Shown piece by piece: positions 15,327 through 24,718 of a stretch of DNA of 64,000 bases; the first letter of the stretch is position 1, and each line of letters opens with the position of its first letter. A program made the translations under genes and the position numbers. Location of the stretch: the IMG/VR virus record IMGVR_UViG_3300033475_000013, positions 13,944 through 77,943 of that record, one strand, 5' to 3'. The notes under the pieces are model-generated. The model was not told the DNA's origin. It searched no databases and saw only the letters and a program-made list of their open reading frames with translations. The DNA is from a virus. Taxonomy: Duplodnaviria > Caudoviricetes.

Positions 15327-16553
15327 ATGGCAGAAGAAACAACATCACTCATAAAGCTTGAACCTATCTTAAAACAAATGCAGGAGGTAGTGCCTCGCAT
15401 GCAAAAAGGAAGTGCTAATAGTGTTGCTGCCATGCGGCAGATCACCGAAATCACTTCGGATGAAGATCTTCAAAATGCTACTGGCGTACTTGTCGCTGTC
15501 AGAAATACATTCGATGCCATACAGAAATTACGCAAGCCTATCACGGAGGAATTTGATAAGTTAAAATCTGAATTGATGGAGTTTGAGAAACTGGTTAGCC
15601 AGGACTCAAAAGACAATGAAGTAGCACGTATCCGAAATCTTATTGGCGCCTATAACCAGGCTAAGCTGGACAAGAAACGTGAAGAAGAACTCAAGGCCCA
15701 AAAACAAAAGGACAAAGAGAATCATAAAGTTGATATTTCATCTCGACTGAAAAAGAAATTGGCCGATCTGTTAATTGAACGTGTGCGCCAAGTTCATGAA
15801 GGAAGTAAAAAACATTTTGATGTTCCGCTTGAGCAATTTGATGAACGTGCCGCTCAGTTTAAAAAGTTCAAGCCCGTTCTTAAAAAAGAGCAGTATGATT
15901 CATGCTTCATCACCGACTACAATAAAAGCATAGTATCAGAAGAAGAGTACATTCAACTTGTTGCCGATCTTCAGGTAGAAGAAACGTATGCCAAATGGAG
16001 CGAACTTGTGCTGGAGCAAATTGTACCGAAGGTTAATGAGTGGATTGGACGTATTCCTGAGTTAAAACAAAAACTTGTTGATCTGAAAAACGCTACAGAT
16101 GAAGAAAGCAGGCTAAAGATTGAGAAAGAACAGAAAGAAAAGGCTGAGCAGGAAGAGCGCGAGAGTAAGGCAGAGATTGAGAACATGCAGAAAGCCTCTG
16201 ATGAAAATATTCAGCGTGAAGCTGCCGTTGATAAATTACAGAATGAATTCCGGGAGCAGGCTATTACGCAGCAACTGGAAGATGCAGGTCCGACTAAATT
16301 GATTTTGAAGTTCAAGGATGATAAGCCTGTGAAAGCTATCTGTGAGATCATCTATCATAATTTCAAACATGATAAATTCCCTAGCATCATAAAACTAGAT
16401 AAGGACAAGAAGCCTAAGGTTGATGAGTATGGTTTCCCGGTATACGTGGATTGGTTGGACTTACTGGTTAGCTTCTTTGTTAAGTATGGCGACGTTAACA
16501 TAAATGGTGTAGAATTGAAAGAGGTCACCAAAACTATTGTGAGAGCAAAATAA
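15327..16553 (+). CDS. Long coiled-coil protein in the recombination module (408 aa)
   Basis: RKPITEEFD...LMEFEK N-terminal region; extended E/K/Q coiled coil. Confidence 0.8.
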   Translation: MAEETTSLIKLEPILKQMQEVVPRMQKGSANSVAAMRQITEITSDEDLQNATGVLVAVRNTFDAIQKLRKPITEEFDKLKSELMEFEKLVSQDSKDNEVARIRNLIGAYNQAKLDKKREEELKAQKQKDKENHKVDISSRLKKKLADLLIERVRQVHEGSKKHFDVPLEQFDERAAQFKKFKPVLKKEQYDSCFITDYNKSIVSEEEYIQLVADLQVEETYAKWSELVLEQIVPKVNEWIGRIPELKQKLVDLKNATDEESRLKIEKEQKEKAEQEERESKAEIENMQKASDENIQREAAVDKLQNEFREQAITQQLEDAGPTKLILKFKDDKPVKAICEIIYHNFKHDKFPSIIKLDKDKKPKVDEYGFPVYVDWLDLLVSFFVKYGDVNINGVELKEVTKTIVRAK

Positions 16554-16596
16554 TCATGTACTTATTCTTCGACACCGTTAAAGAAGTGATTTTAAA

Positions 16597-17190
16597 ATGA
16601 GTTACTTCGATCATCATTACGTCTCGAATTCTGATCTAAAGAAACTACATCATAAGCTGGCAGGAAGAGTTGATCAACCGAATCTTCAGGAGATTTATGA
16701 TGCTGGTACACTCAACCATAATGCGCTACTGGAGCCATATAAATGTGACAAAACTCATCCTGGTTATCCACTGGCAAAGACAATGGCCGAAACTGTACTA
16801 AGAGATGAATTGTGTAGAAAGATAATTATGCATCATGACTTCAGACGCGAGCATGAGTGGTATAGAAGCAACAGATGGGGACTTAAAGGCGTTCGGTGTA
16901 AGACTGATGGAGATAGTAAGGAATTATCAACGATCTTTGAATACAAGGGGCTGGCGATTACTACTGAGAAAGCATTTGATGCCGCTATTCTTCATCACGA
17001 TTATGATGCTTCGTGTTACTATTATTTAAATGTTGTTGGCTATAAATACTATTTGATTGCTGGCGTATCGAAAGAGAAACCGAAGATGCTTTTCAAACGG
17101 CTATACACTAGAGACCATGATGTTTATTCCAGCGGAGGCATTAAGATTGAGACAGAAATTAGTGAGTGGAAAAATTTTGGATTTGTATAA
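16597..17190 (+). CDS. PD-(D/E)xK exonuclease (RecE/ExoVIII-like, probable RecT partner)
   Basis: VSNSDL...GTLNH...RCKTD...EYKG...YDASCYYY pattern; near recT. Confidence 0.65.
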   Translation: MSYFDHHYVSNSDLKKLHHKLAGRVDQPNLQEIYDAGTLNHNALLEPYKCDKTHPGYPLAKTMAETVLRDELCRKIIMHHDFRREHEWYRSNRWGLKGVRCKTDGDSKELSTIFEYKGLAITTEKAFDAAILHHDYDASCYYYLNVVGYKYYLIAGVSKEKPKMLFKRLYTRDHDVYSSGGIKIETEISEWKNFGFV

Positions 17191-17202
17191 AAATTAAAAA
17201 CT

Positions 17203-17493
17203 ATGTTGACCGGAAAAATTGATTGTTCTAAGATTGAAAAAGCCAGATTGTTTAATGGTAAAGATGGCGCGAAGTATCTTGATATTATTTTGATTCCTAC
17301 GCCTAATGACAAGCATGGTAATGACTACATGATTGTACAGTCCATTACAAAAGAGGAACGTGCTGCCGGGCAGAAAGGTAAAATACTTGGCAATGCTAAA
17401 GAATTAGGACAGCGAAGTAATGCTCCTCAGCAAGGAAATGATGGATGGGGAAGTGCTCCATCTAATAGTGATATTGACGGACTTCCTTTTTAA
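17203..17493 (+). CDS. Single-stranded DNA-binding protein (Bacteroidota phage type)
   Basis: IDCSKIEKARLF...KYLDI...ILGNAK, flexible linker and acidic-aromatic DGLPF tail. Confidence 0.7.
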   Translation: MLTGKIDCSKIEKARLFNGKDGAKYLDIILIPTPNDKHGNDYMIVQSITKEERAAGQKGKILGNAKELGQRSNAPQQGNDGWGSAPSNSDIDGLPF

Positions 17494-17496
17494 GAT

Positions 17497-17913
17497 ATGA
17501 TAGTTGTAGTCGGAGGCTGTTTTGATGTTTTGCACGTCGGGCATATAAACATGCTTATGTTTTGTCGCCAGATAGTAGGACAAAATGGAACTGTTATTGT
17601 CAGCATTGATAGTGATGATAAAATCGCTAAAGATAAAGGTGCGGACAGACCTATCTTCAATGTCTTTGAACGCGAAGATGCACTTATGGCACTTACAGCT
17701 TACGGAAATAAAGTAGTTAATGAAGTGCTTCGTCATCATGATAATGAAGAGTTACTTCAAATCATTGAGAAAATAAGGCCTGACTACATCGTGTCTTGTG
17801 ATGAATATCGAGGACGTGTGGTCGGTGCTGAGTATGCTGAAGTTATTTACTTCAAGAAAGATGCACGATTTTCTTCTACTAAAATAATTGAGGCATGTCG
17901 AAGAAAAGAATAA
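17497..17913 (+). CDS. rfaE2: Heptose-1-phosphate adenylyltransferase (HldE C-terminal domain / RfaE2-like)
   Basis: GGCFDVLHVGH (HxGH), DSD..IAKDKG..RPI, FSSTKII. Confidence 0.85.
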   Translation: MIVVVGGCFDVLHVGHINMLMFCRQIVGQNGTVIVSIDSDDKIAKDKGADRPIFNVFEREDALMALTAYGNKVVNEVLRHHDNEELLQIIEKIRPDYIVSCDEYRGRVVGAEYAEVIYFKKDARFSSTKIIEACRRKE

Positions 17914-18056
17914 GATGCACAATTATTAATAATGAATTTGCTTGTGATCTTGGTAATGGTTGGATTTATTGGTTTGTGATGAATGGAAATCATTATTACG
18001 CAAAACCACTTTTTGGCATATTCGATCCTTTACCTAAAGACTGGAATAATTTATGA
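17895..18056 (+). CDS. Small aromatic-rich protein (53 aa)
   Basis: Manual translation MSKKRIRCTIINNEFACDLGNGWIYWFVMNGNHYYAKPLFGIFDPLPKDWNNL; TGA overlaps the next ATG. Confidence 0.55.
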   Translation: MSKKRIRCTIINNEFACDLGNGWIYWFVMNGNHYYAKPLFGIFDPLPKDWNNL

Positions 18057-18931
18057 CTAACGAAGAAATACTACAGCGTGCAAAAACTTTGAAGATCGCC
18101 ATCATCGGTGATCTGATCGAAGACCGATACATCATTGGTGACGTGCATCGAGTGTCACCTGAAGCTCCAGTAGTAGTAGTTTCAAAAACATCAGAGACTA
18201 CATATGCGGGCGGTGCAGGTAATGTGTTTATGAACCTGGTTAATCTTGGAGTTGATGCATACCTTTTCACCCGAGGTAATCCACGTGCTGATATTCTTTG
18301 TGATAGCATCTTCATTCACCCTGGTAGAACTCCAATTAAGACACGGATCATGTCTAACAATCATCATCTGCTTAGAGTGGATGATGAAGAGAGTAATCCG
18401 GATATAGTAGAGTATGATGATCTGACGTGGAAGGAAGATTTTGAAAAATTATTTCCTTCACTTGATGCCATTATATTCTCTGATTATCATAAAGGAACTA
18501 TCAGTCCATCAATATCGAACACCATTATTTCACTGTGTAATGAATTTAACATACCGGTGTTTGTGGATGCGAAGCGTGATTTTGATAAGTACAAGCATGC
18601 ATTGATGATTAAATGTAACAAGCATGAGGCCAAAGATATTGATGTTGAGAAACTAAGGAGTGATTTGAAGGCCACATATTTTGTGGTGACTACTGGAGAA
18701 ACAGGTATGACTGCTTTTTATTATGGCAATATATGGCTTACACTAGCTGTTGATGTCGGTGTAGTAGATGTGTGTGGTGCTGGAGACATTGTAATTGCTA
18801 TAGCAGCGATGGCTTTCGCTGCCGGAATGAACATGATACCAGCACTTGATCTATCGAATAAAGCAGCAGGTGAGAGTTGTAAGCATGCTGGTGTGTATGC
18901 GTTGACGAAAGAAGACTTTTTAAAATTATGA
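18053..18931 (+). CDS. rfaE1: Heptose-7-phosphate kinase (HldE N-terminal PfkB domain / RfaE1-like)
   Basis: IGDLIEDRY..G.V.RVSPEAPV, GGAGNV..NL..LG, KTRI...LLRVD, FSDYHKG, DVCGAGD. Confidence 0.9.
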   Translation: MTNEEILQRAKTLKIAIIGDLIEDRYIIGDVHRVSPEAPVVVVSKTSETTYAGGAGNVFMNLVNLGVDAYLFTRGNPRADILCDSIFIHPGRTPIKTRIMSNNHHLLRVDDEESNPDIVEYDDLTWKEDFEKLFPSLDAIIFSDYHKGTISPSISNTIISLCNEFNIPVFVDAKRDFDKYKHALMIKCNKHEAKDIDVEKLRSDLKATYFVVTTGETGMTAFYYGNIWLTLAVDVGVVDVCGAGDIVIAIAAMAFAAGMNMIPALDLSNKAAGESCKHAGVYALTKEDFLKL

Positions 18932-19173
18932 GTTTGTATTCAGTTGTGCAGGATATGTCATCAGGCGAGACAATTGAAATATCTGATTATGTCTATTCTG
19001 ATGTCTTTATTTCAAAAGATCCTTACGAATGGTTTAAAAATTCTTTACTTGTTTTTGCTGGTCATAGACCAAACTTAACAACAAAAGAAAAAGAAGAATT
19101 ATTCTGCCGTCAGACTAATTGCATAATAAAGCATGATATAGTGACAATGAAAATTTTCATTACAAAAAAATAA
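18928..19173 (+). CDS. Hypothetical protein (81 aa)
   Basis: ORF track; packed. Confidence 0.6.
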   Translation: MSLYSVVQDMSSGETIEISDYVYSDVFISKDPYEWFKNSLLVFAGHRPNLTTKEKEELFCRQTNCIIKHDIVTMKIFITKK

Positions 19174-19175
19174 TT

Positions 19176-19709
19176 ATGGAAACAGTTACAAACTTATCAC
19201 CATCTCATAAATTAAGACCTGCATTATGTCTTGATTTTGATGGCACTATTAGAAGAAGTCCTAATGGTAATACGTTTATTAAAAACTATCAGGATATTGA
19301 ATTGATTCCTGGGATGGAAGAAAAAATATGGAGTTTCAGAAATAAAGGATATTTAATTCTTGGCATCTCCAATCAAGCAGGCGTTGCTCATGGTTTTAAA
19401 TTACCAATGGAGATTGAATTAGAACTTCAAACAACTCTTAATTTATTTAAAGAAAATCCATTCCACATAGTGAAGCATTGTTACCATGATGGTAAAGGTA
19501 AAATTGAACCATACAATCATCGTTCATTATTACGGAAGCCAGATATAGGCATGTTAGCCGTAATGGAGCATGATGCGTGGAATGAAGGGTTTGTAATTGA
19601 TTGGGACAATTCTCTTTTTGTTGGAGATCGTCCAGAAGATCAAGAATGTGCTCGTAGAGCAGGAATGCCATTTTATCATGTTGATGATTTCAAAGGATTA
19701 GATGATTAA
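19176..19709 (+). CDS. gmhB: GmhB-like D,D-heptose 1,7-bisphosphate phosphatase (HAD IIIA)
   Basis: LDFDGTI, ISNQAGVA, RKPDIGML, FVGDRPED...ARRAG. Confidence 0.8.
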   Translation: METVTNLSPSHKLRPALCLDFDGTIRRSPNGNTFIKNYQDIELIPGMEEKIWSFRNKGYLILGISNQAGVAHGFKLPMEIELELQTTLNLFKENPFHIVKHCYHDGKGKIEPYNHRSLLRKPDIGMLAVMEHDAWNEGFVIDWDNSLFVGDRPEDQECARRAGMPFYHVDDFKGLDD

Positions 19710-19914
19710 GTTCACTCCAATCAATCACCAATTCTCTCTCTTCAACTTCAATGACACGAAGCCAAAGACGAAGATACCTATTAAGCGTATCTCGAAAGAA
19801 CGATATGAGCAGGCGGTGAAAGAATTGAAAGAAGGAAAAGAAAAGAGCATGTTGAATATGCTTAGAGATTTGAATGATTCATTGGATAGATACGAAAAAA
19901 GACATGGCATATAA
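19702..19914 (+). CDS. Hypothetical protein (70 aa)
   Basis: ORF track; packed. Confidence 0.55.
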   Translation: MIKFTPINHQFSLFNFNDTKPKTKIPIKRISKERYEQAVKELKEGKEKSMLNMLRDLNDSLDRYEKRHGI

Positions 19915-20491
19915 AACTGAAAATAAAACAATGTGTATCTGCATAAAATGCGGAAAGCCAATTCAATATGATCAGGAAGATGGATATTGGGACAGCAAAG
20001 AGACAGATGAAAATTCCACGTTATGGACACCTATGTGTGAGGATAAAAAATTTCATGAACCAACATTGCATGTAAGAGGCGATAAAGGGTATTACTATAT
20101 GAAAAAAGAAATTATACCGAGAACAATTTCTATTGATTTTGATTCTACCTGCGTGCTAAACGAATGGCCACAGGTTGGCGAAAGTATTGAACATTGTGTT
20201 GATGTATTGAAGCGATTGAATAAGGCAGGCCATACTCTTATTCTCGTGACTATGAGAGCAAACAATCTGCTTGATGATGCTGAAGAATGGTTTCGAAATA
20301 ATGACATTGAAATAAAATACTCTAACTGCAATCCTGAGTACGAAACTGGATCTCGAAAAATTTATTCTCATTTAATTTTGGATGATAAATCGATTGGTGT
20401 ACCACTGATTAACAATCCGGAGATACACAAAAAGCCATTCGTTGATTGGGTTAAGGTTGAAAAAATATTGGAAGAAAAGGGATACTTATGA
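19874..20491 (+). CDS. HAD-superfamily phosphatase-like protein with N-terminal Cys-rich segment
   Basis: ISIDFDSTC, LILVTMR, KIYSHLILDDK; CICIKC...C...H at the N-terminus. Confidence 0.7.
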   Translation: MIHWIDTKKDMAYKTENKTMCICIKCGKPIQYDQEDGYWDSKETDENSTLWTPMCEDKKFHEPTLHVRGDKGYYYMKKEIIPRTISIDFDSTCVLNEWPQVGESIEHCVDVLKRLNKAGHTLILVTMRANNLLDDAEEWFRNNDIEIKYSNCNPEYETGSRKIYSHLILDDKSIGVPLINNPEIHKKPFVDWVKVEKILEEKGYL

Positions 20492-20745
20492 AATACACAA
20501 ACTTTCCAAAAGCAAAAGAACTTGTAAGTAAAATTGACAAGTACTATGAAAAATTGAATGAAATCAATGCAACTCCTATAGTTGTCATTCAAACATTTGG
20601 TGCTAGATACAATATTTTCACTATCGGAACTGATGGCAATTGTGAACATGAATACACACAATTAACAAAAGAATTTATTGAAAGAATAAAGGCTGATCTT
20701 ACAGACAGAATCAATGAACTGATAGCAGAACTTGAATTGCTATGA
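20488..20745 (+). CDS. Hypothetical protein (85 aa)
   Basis: ORF track; ATGA overlaps. Confidence 0.65.
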   Translation: MKYTNFPKAKELVSKIDKYYEKLNEINATPIVVIQTFGARYNIFTIGTDGNCEHEYTQLTKEFIERIKADLTDRINELIAELELL

Positions 20746-20987
20746 TCCGCCCAGAGATTATCTATCTCGAAGAACCCATTCTTATAGCTGGCATTAAAAT
20801 TTTACATTCCAGAGAAGGATTGGTTTATCTGATTGATCATTATAAGTGCTTGCTGAAACAAGATGTAAAAAGATTACCAGAGATCACGCAGCACATGGAG
20901 TTGCTTATTAAAAATTGGGAGATTCATTTAGAACTTTATAAAAAACAGCATGATCACATTACGACCGGAACAGAGAGCAACAGTTGA
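20742..20987 (+). CDS. Hypothetical protein (81 aa)
   Basis: ORF track; ATGA overlap. Confidence 0.6.
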   Translation: MIRPEIIYLEEPILIAGIKILHSREGLVYLIDHYKCLLKQDVKRLPEITQHMELLIKNWEIHLELYKKQHDHITTGTESNS

Positions 20988-22185
20988 TAAAAGTCTTGTT
21001 ATCTTAAAAAGATATAATCTCCTGTATCTGGCGGCTCAGGTAAGAACTGGAAAAACTTTTATGTCATTGACTATTGCCAAAGAAATAGGATGGCGAAGAG
21101 TATGTTTCATAACCAAAAAAATGGCCATCTCCAGCATTAAGGAAGACTATCAAAAATTTGGTCATTTATTCGATTACATCAATATCACAAACTTTGAACA
21201 AGCAGAAAAACTTCATCCCGAGTATGATGGTTATATCGTAGATGAATCAGTTTCCATTTCTGCTTTTCCCAAACCTGGCGTATACTGCAAGGCACTTAAA
21301 AAAGTAATTCAAAAGAAGCCAGTAATACTTATGTGCGGCACGCCTTGCCCAGAAAGCTATTCTCAGATTTTCCATCAATTCTGGATTTCTTATTTCTCTC
21401 CATTCTCTCCATACGCCAATTTTTACCGATGGGCCGATGATTATGTCATCAAAAAGATTGTATACCGAAATGGATTTCCGATCACAGAGTATAAAAATGC
21501 CAAGCAAAAAGAAATCATGGAAGTGGTCAATCACTACATGGTCACACTCAGTCAGGAAGAGGCTGGCTTTGTTAGTCACGTTGAAGAGGAAGTAGTGTGG
21601 GTAGATATTGATAAGCGTGTATATCAACTGATGGATGTGCTAAAGAAAGATAAGGTGTATAAAATGAAAAATGGCAATCATATCGTATGTGATACACCAG
21701 TTAAAATGCAGAGTGTCTTCCATCAGTTATCATCAGGTACAGTTATTACAGAAGAAGATAAACGGGAACTGATTGATGAAAGCAAGGCTTGGTTTATCAA
21801 ATCAAAGTTCGCCGGACAGAAGATTGCTATTTATTATCAGTTCGTAAGTGAGGGTGATTTACTTCGAAAGGTGTTCCCGTTGAACACGAATGTGCCGGAA
21901 GTATTCAATGAACATGAAAATATTACGTTTATCTGCCAATTATCAAGCGGCAGGATGGGCGTTAACCTGAGCACAGCGGATGCACTTGTGCTCTATAATA
22001 TTGCATTCTCTGCCATTACGTACTGGCAAGTAAGAGCCAGGATGCAGTCACACAGCCGGACCAAGGCGAGTAAGTTGTTTTGGATATTTAGTAAGAATGG
22101 TATTGAGAAGTATATCCATGCCGCGGTGACGAAGAAAAAAGATTATACGCTTAATATTTTCAAAAAAGATTTTGGAATAAAATGA
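20950..22185 (+). CDS. Superfamily 2 (SNF2-like) phage helicase
   Basis: Walker A VRTGKT, YIVDES, MCGTP, GRMGVNL...Q.RAR. Confidence 0.85.
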   Translation: MITLRPEQRATVDKSLVILKRYNLLYLAAQVRTGKTFMSLTIAKEIGWRRVCFITKKMAISSIKEDYQKFGHLFDYINITNFEQAEKLHPEYDGYIVDESVSISAFPKPGVYCKALKKVIQKKPVILMCGTPCPESYSQIFHQFWISYFSPFSPYANFYRWADDYVIKKIVYRNGFPITEYKNAKQKEIMEVVNHYMVTLSQEEAGFVSHVEEEVVWVDIDKRVYQLMDVLKKDKVYKMKNGNHIVCDTPVKMQSVFHQLSSGTVITEEDKRELIDESKAWFIKSKFAGQKIAIYYQFVSEGDLLRKVFPLNTNVPEVFNEHENITFICQLSSGRMGVNLSTADALVLYNIAFSAITYWQVRARMQSHSRTKASKLFWIFSKNGIEKYIHAAVTKKKDYTLNIFKKDFGIK

Positions 22186-22685
22186 TTAAGGAAGCCTTCT
22201 TTTCCCCATGTAGACAATATCGATATCGCCTAGACAGGACATGGAACCGTAATTTACCCACAGCAATGTGTATAGGACTCAATCCGTCTACAGCAGATGA
22301 GCACGAAGATGATGCTACCATTGAATCCATCATCCGTATTTTAACCCACAATGGATATGGAGCACTGAGAATGTGTAATGTATTTGCTATTATATCACCA
22401 AATCCTGAAGATATTCGTTCATGCCCAGATCCAGTGAAGGAAAATGATAAATGGCTTATTGAAACTATAGAGTACTCCCACATTCAAATACTGTGCTACG
22501 GCAACTTTAAACAAGTAACCTATCGTCTACCGTTCATCAAATCAATTATCACAGAACCAATGTGTTTCGGACACAACAAGAACGGATCACCAGTCCATCC
22601 ATTATATAAGAAGGCAACAACACAAATTATTAAATTTAATGGCCCAAGAGTCCAAACTTCAGATACGAATCACCAAAAAGCTTAA
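22182..22685 (+). CDS. DUF1643 family protein
   Basis: CRQYRYRLDRTW, CIGLNPSTAD...DATI, HPLY. Confidence 0.85.
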   Translation: MIKEAFFSPCRQYRYRLDRTWNRNLPTAMCIGLNPSTADEHEDDATIESIIRILTHNGYGALRMCNVFAIISPNPEDIRSCPDPVKENDKWLIETIEYSHIQILCYGNFKQVTYRLPFIKSIITEPMCFGHNKNGSPVHPLYKKATTQIIKFNGPRVQTSDTNHQKA

Positions 22686-22908
22686 AAAATCAGGCTGGCT
22701 GGTGACTAAAATCATGTTGTGCTCTACACCTGGATGGCCTGATATTTACGCCATCCGAAATAAAAGATCTATCCACCTGGAAATAAAATCTAAGGGCAAA
22801 AAAGCCGAACCATTGCAGGAATACGTACATTATCAGATAAAAAAGCAGTCCGGAGAGGTATACCTGATTGACACATGGGAAAAATTTCTTGCCTTAAAGT
22901 TGGATTGA
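22639..22908 (+). CDS. VRR-NUC domain nuclease (Holliday junction resolvase-like)
   Basis: ESKLQ...GWPDI...LEIK..G..AEPLQ. Confidence 0.85.
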   Translation: MAQESKLQIRITKKLKKSGWLVTKIMLCSTPGWPDIYAIRNKRSIHLEIKSKGKKAEPLQEYVHYQIKKQSGEVYLIDTWEKFLALKLD

Positions 22909-22986
22909 ATATTAATATCTGTTAATATTGTGCTCAGCAATGCGTCAAGAAAGAGAGGGCTTGATTCATTTTTAGGAATGGTTAAT

Positions 22987-23020
22987 ACCCGCCAGATTCG
23001 CATCCTGGCGGGTTATTTTT
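22987..23020 (+). terminator. Terminator-like hairpin
   Basis: ACCCGCCAG-9 nt-CTGGCGGGT followed by TATTTTT. Confidence 0.55.
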
Positions 23021-23033
23021 AAACAGAAAGACT

Positions 23034-23243
23034 ATGAAAAAAGACAGTTTCTTAAAGTACTTATGGGACGGCCCACTTAAATTATTCCTTGCCGCCACAA
23101 TCGTATCATGTGTTATTTTTCCTTTATACTGGAAAACAACGGCATTAGGTATCAGTGTTGATGGTCCAATCACATGGAGTATCTTCGGTGGAATCTGGAC
23201 ATTGATTATCGTGATCAACTATTTTAACTGGAAGAAATTATGA
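23034..23243 (+). CDS. Small membrane protein with two TM segments
   Basis: Two hydrophobic stretches. Confidence 0.65.
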   Translation: MKKDSFLKYLWDGPLKLFLAATIVSCVIFPLYWKTTALGISVDGPITWSIFGGIWTLIIVINYFNWKKL

Positions 23244-23716
23244 AAATAATCATCTCCTTCGTCATCCTGCTATTTCCAACATGGTTTGAAGTTTACCGAG
23301 ATCGCAATGGTGATGTACATCCAAACTACGACTGGAAATTCAGAGGACTTACCTGCATCATTTCCGGATTTTTAGCGCCATACGGAGTTCATGATTACAT
23401 TAGTTGGGAGTCTTACGTATTGACTTCATTTAAATACACGCTGATCTCAGTGATGATGTTCACATCAATCTTTCCTTACTGGATTAATTTCATTCATCTG
23501 AAAAACAATGTTACTCGGTTCTCAGGTGTTACGAAGTCACATCGATATGATTTTAAATTTCTTACTTACTCTGAAATACTAAAGCATGTGCTCACTCACC
23601 TTTCTGATACCGCATGGCCAGATAGTAAAAAATGGTATCGGTCTTTAAGATGGGTAGGAAGGCTTGTTATTTATATTTTAATTTTGTGTGTCTCAATTTA
23701 TCTGTTATTTGTATGA
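23240..23716 (+). CDS. Membrane protein (158 aa)
   Basis: Several hydrophobic stretches; ATGA overlap. Confidence 0.7.
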   Translation: MKIIISFVILLFPTWFEVYRDRNGDVHPNYDWKFRGLTCIISGFLAPYGVHDYISWESYVLTSFKYTLISVMMFTSIFPYWINFIHLKNNVTRFSGVTKSHRYDFKFLTYSEILKHVLTHLSDTAWPDSKKWYRSLRWVGRLVIYILILCVSIYLLFV

Positions 23717-24054
23717 ACTTACTGTTAGTTTTTTTCTTATCGTTATCAAGCCTGCTTGACCAAGCTAAGGCAGTCGCCAACAAGCCAAATATTCAAGATG
23801 AACGGGTGGTTAAACTGGAGCAGCGTATCGCTGATGAATATGAAAAGTGTGGCGATATCTGTGTTGATCGTTTACTGGATGGACTACCAACTGATTGGTA
23901 TAGAGGCATTGATCTGTATATCAATCATTCCGATGCAGAGGTTATTCACATGATGACTACTGATCTGACAGCTTTTTATAAAAATGCTAAATCAGTGTCT
24001 GTGTCGGCAGAAAGTTTTGATGGGTATTCGATTATTGTTGTTGTGTCTTATTAA
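23713..24054 (+). CDS. Secreted/periplasmic hypothetical protein
   Basis: ATG at 23713 gives signal-like MNLLLVFFLSLSSLLDQAKA. Confidence 0.6.
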   Translation: MNLLLVFFLSLSSLLDQAKAVANKPNIQDERVVKLEQRIADEYEKCGDICVDRLLDGLPTDWYRGIDLYINHSDAEVIHMMTTDLTAFYKNAKSVSVSAESFDGYSIIVVVSY

Positions 24055-24060
24055 AAAATT

Positions 24061-24351
24061 ATGACTGGAATTGAATTAATCGCCCAAGAGCGAAATGAAC
24101 AAATCGAAAAGCATGGATATTCCATCGAAGGAGATGTCGAAAAATATCCAGATAGTGATTTAATAAGAGCAGCATGCGCAATTGCTTTCGTAGCTAAAGA
24201 TGGAATGCCGTGTCAATTACCTGCGCCTGATTGGGCATGGGCTATTCGTGACAGGATAGAAAAAGATAGAATTCATTGTCTAAAAGTTGCAGGAGCATTT
24301 ATTGCCGCTGAGATTGATCGGCTTAATAAAGTTTCCGAGCCGACCTCTTAG
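24061..24351 (+). CDS. Conserved-type phage hypothetical protein (96 aa)
   Basis: TGIELIAQERNEQIEKHG...LKVAGAFIAAEIDRL pattern. Confidence 0.75.
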   Translation: MTGIELIAQERNEQIEKHGYSIEGDVEKYPDSDLIRAACAIAFVAKDGMPCQLPAPDWAWAIRDRIEKDRIHCLKVAGAFIAAEIDRLNKVSEPTS

Positions 24352-24712
24352 CCTGCGGTGATGCAGCGCTCTTATTCACATTTCTTTTCGACTGTCTCAT
24401 CTGCTTTTTAGAAGCATTACCCATAAGCCCAACAGCACCAGCCAGCGAAGAGTATTTACCATCGCCACCAACACGTGGAGCAACACCAGAATTATATTGT
24501 TTGTTGCCTTTCATTCTTGAGGCATCTTCCTTAACTCTGCTTGCAGATTGGCCTTGGTAGTTCTCACCTTCAGTCCGTTCCAAATCGCCTTTCTTATTAC
24601 GTTTCACAACAGCACCAGTTTCAACGCGCTCTTCATCACTTTTCTGATTATGCTTCATGATGGCTGATTTACTTTTCTTGCTGGGATCAGTTACATTTGT
24701 GAATATCTTCAT
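24323..24712 (-). CDS. Basic low-complexity protein (129 aa)
   Basis: K/R/S/G-rich ORF in a region with no plus-strand ORF; A-rich start context. Confidence 0.65.
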   Translation of the reverse strand: MKIFTNVTDPSKKSKSAIMKHNQKSDEERVETGAVVKRNKKGDLERTEGENYQGQSASRVKEDASRMKGNKQYNSGVAPRVGGDGKYSSLAGAVGLMGNASKKQMRQSKRNVNKSAASPQAKRSARKLY

Positions 24713-24718
24713 GATTTT

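Noticed and set aside
19874-20491. Second HAD protein as part of the heptose pathway
   Set aside because: Lacks the GmhB-type NQ.G and RKP motifs; resembles generic phage HAD proteins, so no link is claimed
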